DNA from: Macrostomum lignano
Taxonomy: Eukaryota
Reading direction: 5' to 3'
Assembly: GCA_002269645.1 (NCBI GenBank)
Contig: NIVC01000337.1
Span: 310,001 to 374,000, forward strand
DNA: 64,000 bases
Shown: one piece after another, positions 25,723 to 36,406 of the stretch
How the letters are laid out: the number at the start of each line of letters is the position of its first letter
How positions within the stretch are numbered: the first letter of the stretch is position 1
Program-made: the position numbers and the translations under genes
The notes under the pieces: generated by a model
Told to the model about the DNA's origin: nothing
Databases searched by the model: none
The model's input: only the letters and a program-made list of their open reading frames with translations

Positions 25723-27394
25723 GTCATCATGAATGATTTAATTAGTCATTCAGTGCAGATGAATGGCTAACAGGCTAAACATGATTGACAAATAATTTTG
25801 GCTTGAACCAAATGTGCAGTCGCCATAAATTCTAGGCCCTAGTTAACAAAATGCCAGTTGATGAAATGCCAGTTGACAAAATGTCCTGGAACCTAAAAAA
25901 ATCTGTCCAGCCTAGCCTAGGCTTATTAAGCAATTGAATGAATAAATCAGAATTCCACCCATTCTTTTTATTAGAAATCGCGTTAGGCCTAGTGGGAAAA
26001 ATCTAAAAGTGGGATAAACAATTTTTAAACAAGTGGAAAATCTAGCTGAAGCTGTTAATCAATTACTTAAACAAATATTCAATTGCAATGTATGAAAACA
26101 ACACGTGTCAAGATAAAAGTTTCTTAATGAAATTTCGTAGGCAAGACAAAACAAATCTTAAGAGCATAACGCGGATCGTTACTGGAGTGTTCGCTAAAAC
26201 CCGTAAAACTTTAAAACAGAGACGCTAGCTATTGCAAGCCAATTTAAACCAATAGTGATTAAGTCACATCTAGTCATGCCTTCATTTTTCAATATTCTGA
26301 CAGGTTAGAAAATAAACGTATGTGTGCCGACTAAATTTCTCGATCATACATATGCAGTAGGGCCCTTTTCTTCGGGTAGCGAATACAAAAAATAGCCCGA
26401 TGATTAGTCTGATGATTATTCGCTCTAACTCTACTGCTGATATTTGGTCGTAAAGCCAGTTTTAAACACCAGAAAGGGCTCTAATTAGTTAGCTTAACTT
26501 TTGTCATCATTTATACCTCATTCCGGATTAACTTACTTAGATTCTAAAGGGTTTTTTGCGCTCTTGGAGTGACTGCATCCATTGTTTGAAAGACTAAGAC
26601 AAAAGACTTTCCCTACGAGTTTTAGTGATATAGCGTGTAATTAATTTTTTTTATTTGTCAGAAGCCTTTAAGTCTACTTTACTATTACTTTCATATGTGA
26701 AGAGCGCGGTTAGAGGTATGGTTTAGCTACTATAGAAGGAACCCCCCTGTTGAACATAAAAGACTCATTGTCATGTCAAGACTCATGACTCATTGGGGAA
26801 TTGCTGTAATGTTGTGGCTCTTATGGAGGGTTTACTGAGATGCCAAGGGCAATTGGTAGAAAAAGGTAAGCAAAAGCAAAAGGTAGAAATGTAGGAGTTA
26901 GGGTTAAGCTGCCATACGGCTTAAAGCGAGGCTTCGATGCCAAAGCTCACAGGGGATGCTGATACCTTTTAGGCTCAGATAGCTGCATGGCTTTCAGGGC
27001 TGATGCTTTTTTATTTAACATTTTTCTTATGATACTAACAATAATCGTGATTGTAGGCCAAAACCGACATTATGTTTACATATTAAAAGAATTTTACTCC
27101 ATCGTTTGTTGCCTCCCCAACGGGGCCGGGGGTCGCTGATTGCTAGTCACATTTAGTTTCTGAGAATTCAATATTGTAACAGTGCTTTCTGGTGTATAGA
27201 GAGAGGCTGGCCAGCACAAGAAACCTCTGTAAAATTTTCTCTCTATATCCCTGCATGGTCAATGCGATTCAGTCCCAGCAGTGTCCTTTGCAGCGGCAAC
27301 GACTTATTGAGATTGACGGCAAAAAGGCACTGGTTAGCAGGTTAGTGGGCAGAGGCTCTTCTAGCCGGAAACCCGACTTCGAGAGAGCTGCAGG

Positions 27395-28736
27395 CAGCGG
27401 TGTCGGAACATATTTCAAAGTGGGGGGGCTATTGGTGGGAGGGCACATTGCAAATAATTTCTTTAAATCTAAAGGCACCCAAACTCCTGCTATTATATCA
27501 GTTTGTGAAATTGTGACAACCAGGCCGATTTTCAATTTTGAGTTGGAAGTGGATTGCGGCGGACTCGGAATTTCGATCAGAGACGCCAAAGTGAACCGAT
27601 AAATACTAATAAAACAGGGATTGGCAAACTCCGGCCTGAGGGCCAAATGTGGCCTGCAAAGCCTCTCTATCCGGCCCTCGGATCCTTTAAATCTTCACAA
27701 TAGCAATCCGGCCCGCTCGATGTTTGTCTCTTCTCAGCTCTCTTCTCATATTCTCTCTTGTTCTCTCCTCTCCTCTCTCTTCTCCTCTCCTCTCTCTTCT
27801 CCTCTCCTCTCTCCTTTCCTCTCCTCACCTCTCTAATCTCCTATCCTCTCTCCTCTCCTCTCCTCTCCTCTTCTCTCCTCTCTTCTCTCATCTCCTCTCC
27901 TCTCTACTCTCCTCACCTCTCTCATCTCCTCTCCTCTCTCCTCTCCTGTCCTCTCTTCTCTCCTCTCCTCTTTCCTCTCATCTTTTCTTTCCTCTTCTCC
28001 TCCTCTCCTCTCCTCCCCTCTCCTTTCCTCTCTTTCTTTCCTTTCATCTCCTCACCTCTCTCCTCTCCCTTTTCTCTCCATTCTCTTCTCCCTTCCCTCT
28101 TCTCTCCTCTCTCTCCTATTTCGTCTCTCCTCTCCTCATCCATCTCCCCTCTCCAATTTTATCTCTCTTCGTGTCTACTCTCTTCTCCTTTATTCCTTCA
28201 CCTCTCCTCTCTCCTTTCCTCTCCTCTCCTTTCCTCTCCTCTCCTTTCCTCTCCTCTTTTCTCTCCTCTCCTCTCTCCTCTTATCTTGTCTTTCCTTTCC
28301 TTCTCCTCTCCTCGCCTCTCCTTTCTATTCCCTATTCTCTACTCTATTCTCTATCCTCTCTCCCTTCTCTTGCCAGCAGTCAGGGACTCCTGGGCGCGTT
28401 TTGCTTACGGGGGCCCAGCGAAGCAAACCCAGAAGGGCAGTCATTGCGCCACGCTAGGTTCTCAATCTGGCCCTTAAGGTGAAAAGTTTGCTGACCAATG
28501 CACTAAAAGCACTAGGCTTATGCACATTAGATCAAAACTGTAGTGGAATGGAGATTGAGAACAACATGAACTATTATATCAGCTGATACCCCCTTAGCTT
28601 CCAAGACTCAGAAAAGCCAGAGCCTAAAACCAGTCGACACTTGTTTAAAATTCAAAAAGGGCACTTGCTGGATCATGCTAAAAAGTGGGGGGGGGCTCCA
28701 GCGTTTCTCCCGTACCCCCCGGTTCCGACACCCCTG
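27395..28736. mobile_element. 1342-bp non-autonomous hAT-type element containing a nested element
   Basis: 15-bp TIR CAG(C/G)GGTGTCGGAAC; perfect TSD GCTGCAGG (27387-27394 and 28737-28744). Confidence 0.92.
27615..28500. mobile_element. Older hAT (Charlie-like) element nested in 27395-28736, with an internal CT-rich expansion (27722-28368)
   Basis: Left end CAGGGATTGGCAAACTCCGGCCTGAGGGCCAAATGTGGCC and right end AAAAGTTTGCTGACCAATG resemble Charlie-type termini; degenerate TSD TAATAAAA/CACTAAAA. Confidence 0.6.
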
Positions 28737-29563
28737 GCTGCAGGTTTGGTGAGTTCGCAAGAGTTGATTGAAGCGGATTAGGTTAATTCCCCGATTAGTT
28801 GAATTCCACCTTTTCAATTCTCCCTGCTTGTGTCTCACTGCTCGTCACATCTTTGCAACCTTGGAGCTGACCATCAATCAGGAGTGGGAGCTGCCAGAGC
28901 GCTAAGCGGTTAGTTGCGATTAGTTTCTGCCCTCTGAGGTCCGAATAACCTTCGATCAAAGATTTTAGAAGGCGGAGCCCAGCACCATAAAAACTCTCCA
29001 GGATCCCAAGATTCGCGATCGAGGGCCATAGAGTAAAAGTATGCACATTTATTTTCCCAGTTTATTAGCATTCAAATTTTGCGTGAACCAGTAAAGCTGT
29101 TGTCTGTATAGAAACGTTAAAACGCTATCAGTGCATAGCGCGAATCTCTTTGAACGAAGATATGAGCAGAAATGCAGATATGCAGATAAGCGCTGGTTAA
29201 CCCGCAAACACGACACGCTCTCACGAGAAACCATGCACTAACACCTGTTCCCAGCAGCCATCATTTTCCATCGAAACACCTGCATTCATGTGTCAATTAA
29301 AGAATTTTTTCCACCGCAATATGGCATTTTTACCCACGCATATCGATTGATTTCAATTTCAACCATGTCTTCTTAGAAAGCCACTAATCAGAAAGCCACG
29401 AGTCAGAATAATTGGCACCTCAAACAATACTAAAATATGACAAGAGGCGTTTCAAAACCAGAAAAAGCTGGTTCGTTGATTGACAATTGTTTGTGCTGTG
29501 CATAAAAAAGAAAATTTTGAAGTAGTTTTGTCGCTGTTTGCTGACAAAACTATCTCCCAAGCC

Positions 29564-30505
29564 ATGCTGGGCGGCACCCATCTGACGGTCATTTCTATCC
29601 TTTTTAGCAGCGCCGACTGCCTGATTCGCGGCGTCAGCTCCGGTGTCTGCTTCAACTCGACTCTAGCAATTCGAGCTGCTGGAACTCGACGCTCTCTGCT
29701 TGACTGCTTTCTGAGCTTCGAGTCGCAGCAGCCGACAGGTCTGTGGCTGGCTCAGTTCGAAGAATCTACCGGACTATGCTACCAGTTTGCCTACCAGTCG
29801 GTGTGTTTCTTGCTCCAGCAGCCCGGTAGCGGTTGTCAGGTGATGCATAGCTCTCGGCTGAACATCAATCAGGCCGCTTCCCGATTCTCGGCCGTGTGGG
29901 AGGCCGCCGAAGCCGTCATGGACAGCGTCGTGTGCGGCCAGGCTCCACTGCAGGCTCATGATGTCGAATGGACAAGTAACGGAGCGCGGCTGTCGAACCT
30001 GACCAGCTCGTATCTGCAAGCGATCAACGCAACAAGCTTTACTGCTAGCAAGTCGCTGACGTGGATCGTTAGAGCCAGTCGAACAAATGGGGTTCGTTGC
30101 TTCCTGGAGTTCACTGACTGCAACACTGGCGGGATCGGCGCCAACCTGTGGGAAGCTTCCGAGAAAAGCGGCGGCGCTCGTCGTTTGCTAAGCCGACTGT
30201 CATCCTCAATTCTGATTGAGAGCTCTGAAATGATTTTACCAGACGATCCATACCAGCTTGTTGACGTCGGAGTTGCCTATAACGGGACGGTCAACCAACT
30301 GAATCTGTACTTCAATGGCCGGTTTCTGACTCCCGGTGGGGTATACATTGACTACTCTGGCAGTCCGAGTGTAAATGTTATGTCCTGCTTGAAAATTGGT
30401 CGACGAACAAGCTCCCACGGCTGGCTTGCTGGCATGGTGCAGGTGGTGGCGCTCTCCAAGGAGTATCTGAGTGAAGAAGAAATTCGTCTGCTGTTCTTGA
30501 ACTGA
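29564..30505 (+). CDS. Intronless secreted protein (313 aa) with a C-terminal LamG/ConA-like (pentraxin-like) domain and a possible degenerate PAN-like N-terminal module
   Basis: Signal-like MLGGTHLTVISILFSSADC; VAYNGTVNQLNLYFNG...LKIG...GMVQVVALSKEYLSEEEIRLLF matches the LamG_3-type pattern; coding-like composition. Confidence 0.7.
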   Translation: MLGGTHLTVISILFSSADCLIRGVSSGVCFNSTLAIRAAGTRRSLLDCFLSFESQQPTGLWLAQFEESTGLCYQFAYQSVCFLLQQPGSGCQVMHSSRLNINQAASRFSAVWEAAEAVMDSVVCGQAPLQAHDVEWTSNGARLSNLTSSYLQAINATSFTASKSLTWIVRASRTNGVRCFLEFTDCNTGGIGANLWEASEKSGGARRLLSRLSSSILIESSEMILPDDPYQLVDVGVAYNGTVNQLNLYFNGRFLTPGGVYIDYSGSPSVNVMSCLKIGRRTSSHGWLAGMVQVVALSKEYLSEEEIRLLFLN

Positions 30506-31192
30506 TGATGGAGAAACTGCAAGTCAATCTCTATGGAGAATTCTATTCGAAAAACTGGTCTCTCGCGATCGAAATTATCCTTAGAAAAGAGGAAGCACTA
30601 CATAAACCGTGGTCATAATAATAACTATTTATAAGCAGAAATGCAATACGAATGACTTTAGCTCGTATAATATTTAATACAAGCTTCAATCGGATTAAAA
30701 CAAATAAACTGTGAGAACGAACCCTATTTTAACCTGGACCTGATTGATTCATTAGCGCAATGCCATATATATGGGCACTACAATTGCAGTATAAAACTTG
30801 TTTCCTTCTGGTTTGCTAGTCTGCCAAGCAAATTGACCTAGAAAATTATCGCCTGATCTCACGCCTGAGTAAAATTTAACTGGCGAGTTCTGCGCATAAG
30901 TAAGCATTCATGCAACTGGATCGGCACTCATTTAACGCGTGATAGCGACGTTGCGCCAAAGAGCGTTATGGTAGTTTGGTCTTTTACTCGTATTGCTTGG
31001 AGAGGCACTTTAAAGTCTTATCGATTCGGTGCCAGTTTTCAGGTGCCGAAGACACTGGACTGCGCCACTTTCTTTAACGCGGTGATAATATTTAAACTCT
31101 AAAAAAACGCAAAGTATGAAAAGCGCGCTGGCTCAGCTGATTTCGCCGCTTTTAAAATTAGAAAAATAATCAGAAAATTTGACACTATCAAA

Positions 31193-34091
31193 ATGAAAGA
31201 GCCAATTGAACTGAAGTCGATTGTCACCGAGCGGAGACTGCTGAAGTATCCCGAAGTGTTCGGTAGTTTGGACCGAGGTAACTATACGCAATAGGCCGTA
31301 TGAATAAAATGAGCAATTGCTCAGACTCACACAAAATCTCAAGTCAGTATGAAAAAACGGAGCAGTGAACTCCGAGCAACAGCTCATGAGTTTTGACTTG
31401 AAAGTTGTTGTTCCGAGTGTCAGCGAAAAAATCCGGGGCTGAGCAAACTCTCCGGTCTGTATGAATAAACTCGGGCCATAGACAATCTTTTCTGAGCTGC
31501 AACTCACAAAATGTTGAGGCAGCCCTCTGCCTGCCTCAGCCATCTATACTCTAGTGGTTGCTGTAACTAGCGCTTTCTAGTTGCTGATGTTCTTTGATTG
31601 AGTTCTTTGGCAGTATGGCTGAGTTCTTTGCTGCACGTGCTCCCGCTCGACGGAAGTTCTATCCGGAGCGCCGATCTTCCGACTTGACTAGAGACACGGA
31701 GTATGGTCGACTCTACCGATTTTCTCGCACCAACGTGCAGTATCTGGCCGATTATAAAGAAGCTCAAGGGGAAAACAGAAAGAAGGATTCTACATAAAAC
31801 ACAAAGCATATACTCGTAGCATACTCTTAGAAAACAACATTTTTGTCTATGGTTCAAAGTATCGCAATATTGGAGTTACAACTCTGAGACCAAAAGTCTG
31901 AACTCTGACTAGGAGTCCCAACTTTATTCATACTGACCTTGAGCAGATGCTCCGACTCGGAGCAAAAGCTCAGACCTGAGCAGTAGCTCAGTCTCAGCGT
32001 TTAAGCTTGAACTCGCAAGTTATTGCTCATTTTATTCATACGGCCTAGGTCAAATGTCAAGGGAAATTAGAACTTAATTCAACTACGAGCGTAGGCTATG
32101 CCGAAGCTTTCAGCCTTGTAGTACACTAATTATCCTGAACATAAAACCCAAGAAAAATGAGCATGGGTCCATGGCAGGCCATCAATACCATCTGCTATCG
32201 AGTATTCGCCATTGGACGATTTTTTCCAAACTTTTCCCAGGATGTTCTCTTACAAAGGTTTTGTACGTGAAGCCCGTTCCCGAGAAGCCCGAGAAGGTGT
32301 CGCTTGAAATGGCAGTTTATGCCAATAGCGACTTTGAACACGTGCTCGACTGGCTCGTTGCCAGGGCAACCGAAGAGGGCGTCATTAAAACTGCCGGACG
32401 AAAGCTTCGCGTCACTGGTGTCGGCGGCGAAAAGTTCAAGAATGAAATTGCAGCAACGACCTGCATGGGGTGAGTTATTTCGTGAGCCTTGGCTGATAGA
32501 CTTGAAGTTTACATGTAGATGGTGGGTGATCAGCTATTTTTGCACATTGCGCCAACAGGATTGAATTCGTGGACGAGATCATGAGCCACCAGACCGGAGG
32601 TCACTTCCTGCTGAACAACTATGAAGACGACGTCTTTTGCTATGCGGATGGGCGGACAGCGGAGGAATCCAAGCCACCTGTTGAACTGCCACCGTGGATT
32701 GCTGCCTTGCAGAGTCGCATTGATGAGATTTTCACGTCGGCTGATGGTCATCGGCTGCCAGTGATCTTTGGTTTCTGTGGATCCGGCACAGTTATAAACA
32801 AGGTGCGCGTGCTTCAAAACAGTGTCGAAACTGCCTCATGCAAAGGTTTGGCTCTCAGTTCCATGTTGCCGTTTTGATTTAGTTTGAAGCGGCTTTTTAA
32901 TTTCAGAAAAGCTGTAGTTGCTGTCTGTAGTGAGCGAGAGACAAGCCGGTTAGGTCTAGTCTATTGGAAGAAGTTGGGTGCAAGTTGTCCTGCTTGTCCT
33001 GCTTGTCCTGCATATATATTCGCTACAATGAGAAGAGAAGCACACCTCGCATCTCGTTTCGATTTTCCCTCCAGCTAAATGAGGACGGTACAGCTGATAT
33101 GCTCGGCGTCCACTGGTTCGGTGGCAAGAGCTTCCTAGGCCTGTCGCACATGTTACTGGGCACAAACAACTATGATGAGATCATGGAGCTGGCTGCCAGA
33201 GGTGACAGGGGTAATGTGGACACTCAGGCGAAGGAGATGATCGATCAGGACGCTAAAGCCGAGTACAGGATGCTACCCGGCGATTTTCCGATGTTTCCGT
33301 TCGGCAAGTCATCAGAGGGCGCCAGTAAGTTCCAAAGCGAATACTTTAAAGCTCCAAGATTTCTTTCAAAAGACTCGAATGCCTGATTCGGATGTATCAT
33401 GACTATCGACAAAAGTAAATCCGACAATTTTGAGCAGTTCCGACTGGCAGTTTTCGCCGCGAAGACGTGGCTGCGGCTGTGGTCGGTTGCATAGTCTCCG
33501 GCCTGCTGACCCAAGTGGCCGCCTACTGCAAGTTGCACCGTATTCGCAGAGTCTACCTTGGCGGAAACTTCTTCCGAGCCAAAGTGGCCAGAGACATTCT
33601 GAGGGACTGTGCTGAAACTGTGCCGACCTATGTAAGGCTTGTCATTGGTTATAAAACTGACATAGCTAATCACTTTTCTGGGATTTTTGGGATTCATGAA
33701 ATTGTTCTGGAGTTCAGTTTCTGAGTCACATCGCTCTGAGGTTTATGCGCATGCATATGGAATAAGATTTGCTTGTAGATTTTTTAACGAAAGAACCAGT
33801 GAAACTTGTACTTTGTTTATTTGAAGTTGTCAATATTGATTGGTGAAAGTGACTCAAAAGGAAGTTCTTTGCTACCTACTTTAGCAAGGACTAATTAAGT
33901 AGTTAAAGTAGTTTATGTGCTCTAGTTAATGCGTTATCCACAGCAAGTAATCCATTTCATTGCAGCGGCCTCTGCGCTTCCATTTCATGTCCAACGGCCA
34001 CACCGGCTGTCTGGGTGCCTTGCAGGCGTCGGCTGCGGACGCCGCGGAGATGCGGGCCAAGCTGAGCTCCATGAAGGTGGATGAGAAGTGA
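31193..34091 (+). CDS. PANK: Divergent eukaryotic type II pantothenate kinase (375 aa)
   Basis: Exons 31193-31277, 32241-32469, 32559-32802, 33075-33324, 33438-33631 and 33966-34091 (1128 nt, in phase). Motifs FGSLDRGCSLTKVLY, VTGVGGEKF, VDE..GGHFL, GSG, GGKSFLGL, ELAARGDRGNVD, VYLGGNF and GHTGCLGAL align with the fumble/PanK family. Confidence 0.87.
31294..32045 (+). mobile_element. 752-bp TIR element (PIF/Harbinger-like deletion derivative) in PanK intron 1
   Basis: Perfect 24-bp TIR GGCCGTATGAATAAAATGAGCAAT flanked by TA. Internal ORF 31594-31797 (RRKFYPERR...EYGRLYRFSRTNVQYLAD) resembles the HARBI1-type transposase N-terminus. Confidence 0.72.
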
Positions 34092-36406
34092 ACATCTTCG
34101 CTGCAAGTGTCGCGCACCTGCTGAAAACGAGCTTGACTTCGGGACGTAAAAGTGCCACTGAAAACGGCGAAAAATGATGATGCTGTGACTTTAAAATGCG
34201 TGAATGAAATAAAATCGTGACTGCTCTACTGATCGACGTGATGGAACTGAGTATCTAGCCCGCGCTTTGTAAAATTTAGAAATTCAGTGACGTACAAACA
34301 TAGAGTTTGCCTGACTCTTCTCATAGATGTAGCCATGAAATTTTTATCCGAAACAAATTTCTGAGGGATAATTTGTGCCTGACTTATTTAAGCCCAAAAT
34401 CGGCCCCTTCGGGCAAAATGTCTAAGTTAAACGATGTCACACGAAGCATGCGTTCTGTCGCCAGCTGGTTTAGTAGCTTCCAAATTAATGATCAGCAGCA
34501 TTTTCCGGCTTTAAAGAAACATTTTACGCCAGAGTAACCCGGAATTTTCCGATCCCGGGATCCCGGACCTGCTCATAAGACGTTCCAGGATATCCCGGAC
34601 TTAGGGGCCGAGTCCCGGGCTCTCGGATCGACTTCCCTGTCAATTGTTAAGTACGCTTGTATATTCATTCCCAAGGCTAATCGGAAAATCCATGATTTAA
34701 TAGCTAACTTTGAACAAATCAATACAAAGCAAATTTGTTCAAAAAAAGATGAATCAAAAACCAAAAACAATCCAAGGCGTTCTAAATTACCGCCTTGGCA
34801 TAAAGTAGTTCAAAAATTACCTGGCGATGGGGTTGTCCGGACAGGGAAGTGACACTCCCCCCAAAAATAGGGCCCTGGTGAACCAGGCCAAGCCAGTTTG
34901 TTTCCAAAAATTTGCTTGGTAAGAAAAATTTGCTGTGTGCACAGAATTGTCTGTGATTTTGAAATAGCAATAACAGATTTTGACAATGTTGGTCTCGTTT
35001 TAAAGCTCAGAATAAATTTCCACAACTGACACAAAAATGAGCACGAGTTCAGAACTTATGTGACACGAAAGTTAAAAGATAGGATTTTTAGCATGCTAGA
35101 AAATTGAACTTGAAAGTTGTGATGCAGAAAATCTTTGATTTTTATTTAGTCGTACAACTTGGTTTTTTAAAAAGTAACCCCTTTCAATTGTCGCCAGTTT
35201 CTTTAAAATTCGTTAAAAAATAAGAAAGTTTCAGAATATTGTAGTTTTGGGGGTGCCTCCAGTGTTCCCAAGCTGGGAGCTTAGTAAAGATTTCGGCTAT
35301 ATTGATCCAAAAAGTATGTTGCAGGAAGGACGGAAAAGTTTCCGTTGATTCTTCGTACCTTTGTTTATCCAACGAGTTGGCTGGGAACTTCGAAATGAAT
35401 TGAGAAGTTTGCCAAGTCGATAGATCGTAAAGTCAACAGATTCAGAAAGCGATCACAGAGGATGCGATTCGGGGATAATTTCTTAAAATTACGTTGTTAC
35501 AGTGAATTTACGAGCCTCGTAAAATTGCCTCGATGAATATATGGGAATCAAATTAAAGGAAAGAGTTTAAAACTATTTCAGAAAAGATGTCGGCTTCAAA
35601 TTACGAGTAAATGTCTCGTATTTCGTAAACTTTGTTGGTTTAAATTGGAATTGTAAAATCGTTGCTGAAGTACTCGTAGACTTTCGGTCTGCCTGTAAAC
35701 CAGATCCAAGCAGCGAATATTAACAAAATAGTAATACATAGGGGTATTTTTATATGCAAAAGCGTCATAATCATAAGTCCGTAGGCTAATCTTCACTTGA
35801 TCAAAGCTCTATTGCAGTTTAGCAGTCGAAATTTTTATGGAACGCATTGTGGTTAAAATGGTAGAAAATAGCTTGGTATTTCTACTGTTAAGTCGCAGTT
35901 CGTTGAAAATAAAAAAGCTGATCAGCTAACATAATAATAGAAGCGCTTTTAAATGTCGAATACAGGTAGTACTGTTACTCGTGGATAGTAGTATCGCAAT
36001 GTAGTTAGGGCTCGGAGTTAGGATAGATTCGTGCTTCAAGCAAAATTTTGGTACATTGCTGCTAGCATAAAAAGTGTGAAATTTGACAACTACAAGCCAA
36101 GCCAAGTCTGCTTAAAGGTACCCGTGAGCTCAGACAGCGGAAAACAACAAAGAATTAAAAACTGCAAGGCGATCTACTACATTTAGGAGAATTCCTTTAA
36201 AAAAACCAAGCAAAAGATAAGCAAAATTAAAAATGTTTCTGCAGCAAAAGGTAATAAGCTATTCAAAAAAACTTTAGATAAGCAAACCTGCGAAACTTGT
36301 CACTTCGAACAAGTTTAAGAGTGCAAGAATGCTACTTTATACTGTAGTTGACGATATCTGTATCGCGTATCTATAAACCGCAATGGTCGCGAGGTAAAAA
36401 TGTTTT

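Noticed and set aside
26400-26445. TGATGA...CTGA box C/D-like pair
   Set aside because: The boxes are only ~22 nt apart, too short for a snoRNA, and not in a host intron.
27192-27646. ORFs spanning the left end of the hAT element
   Set aside because: They run across a TE junction and have no domain signal.
30501-30520. CTGATGA...GAAA hammerhead-like core (also CTGACGA at ~52359)
   Set aside because: No stem II or stem III helices can be formed.
34630-34852. 10-bp inverted repeat ACTTCCCTGT/ACAGGGAAGT
   Set aside because: Short, oriented opposite to normal TIRs, and without a TSD.
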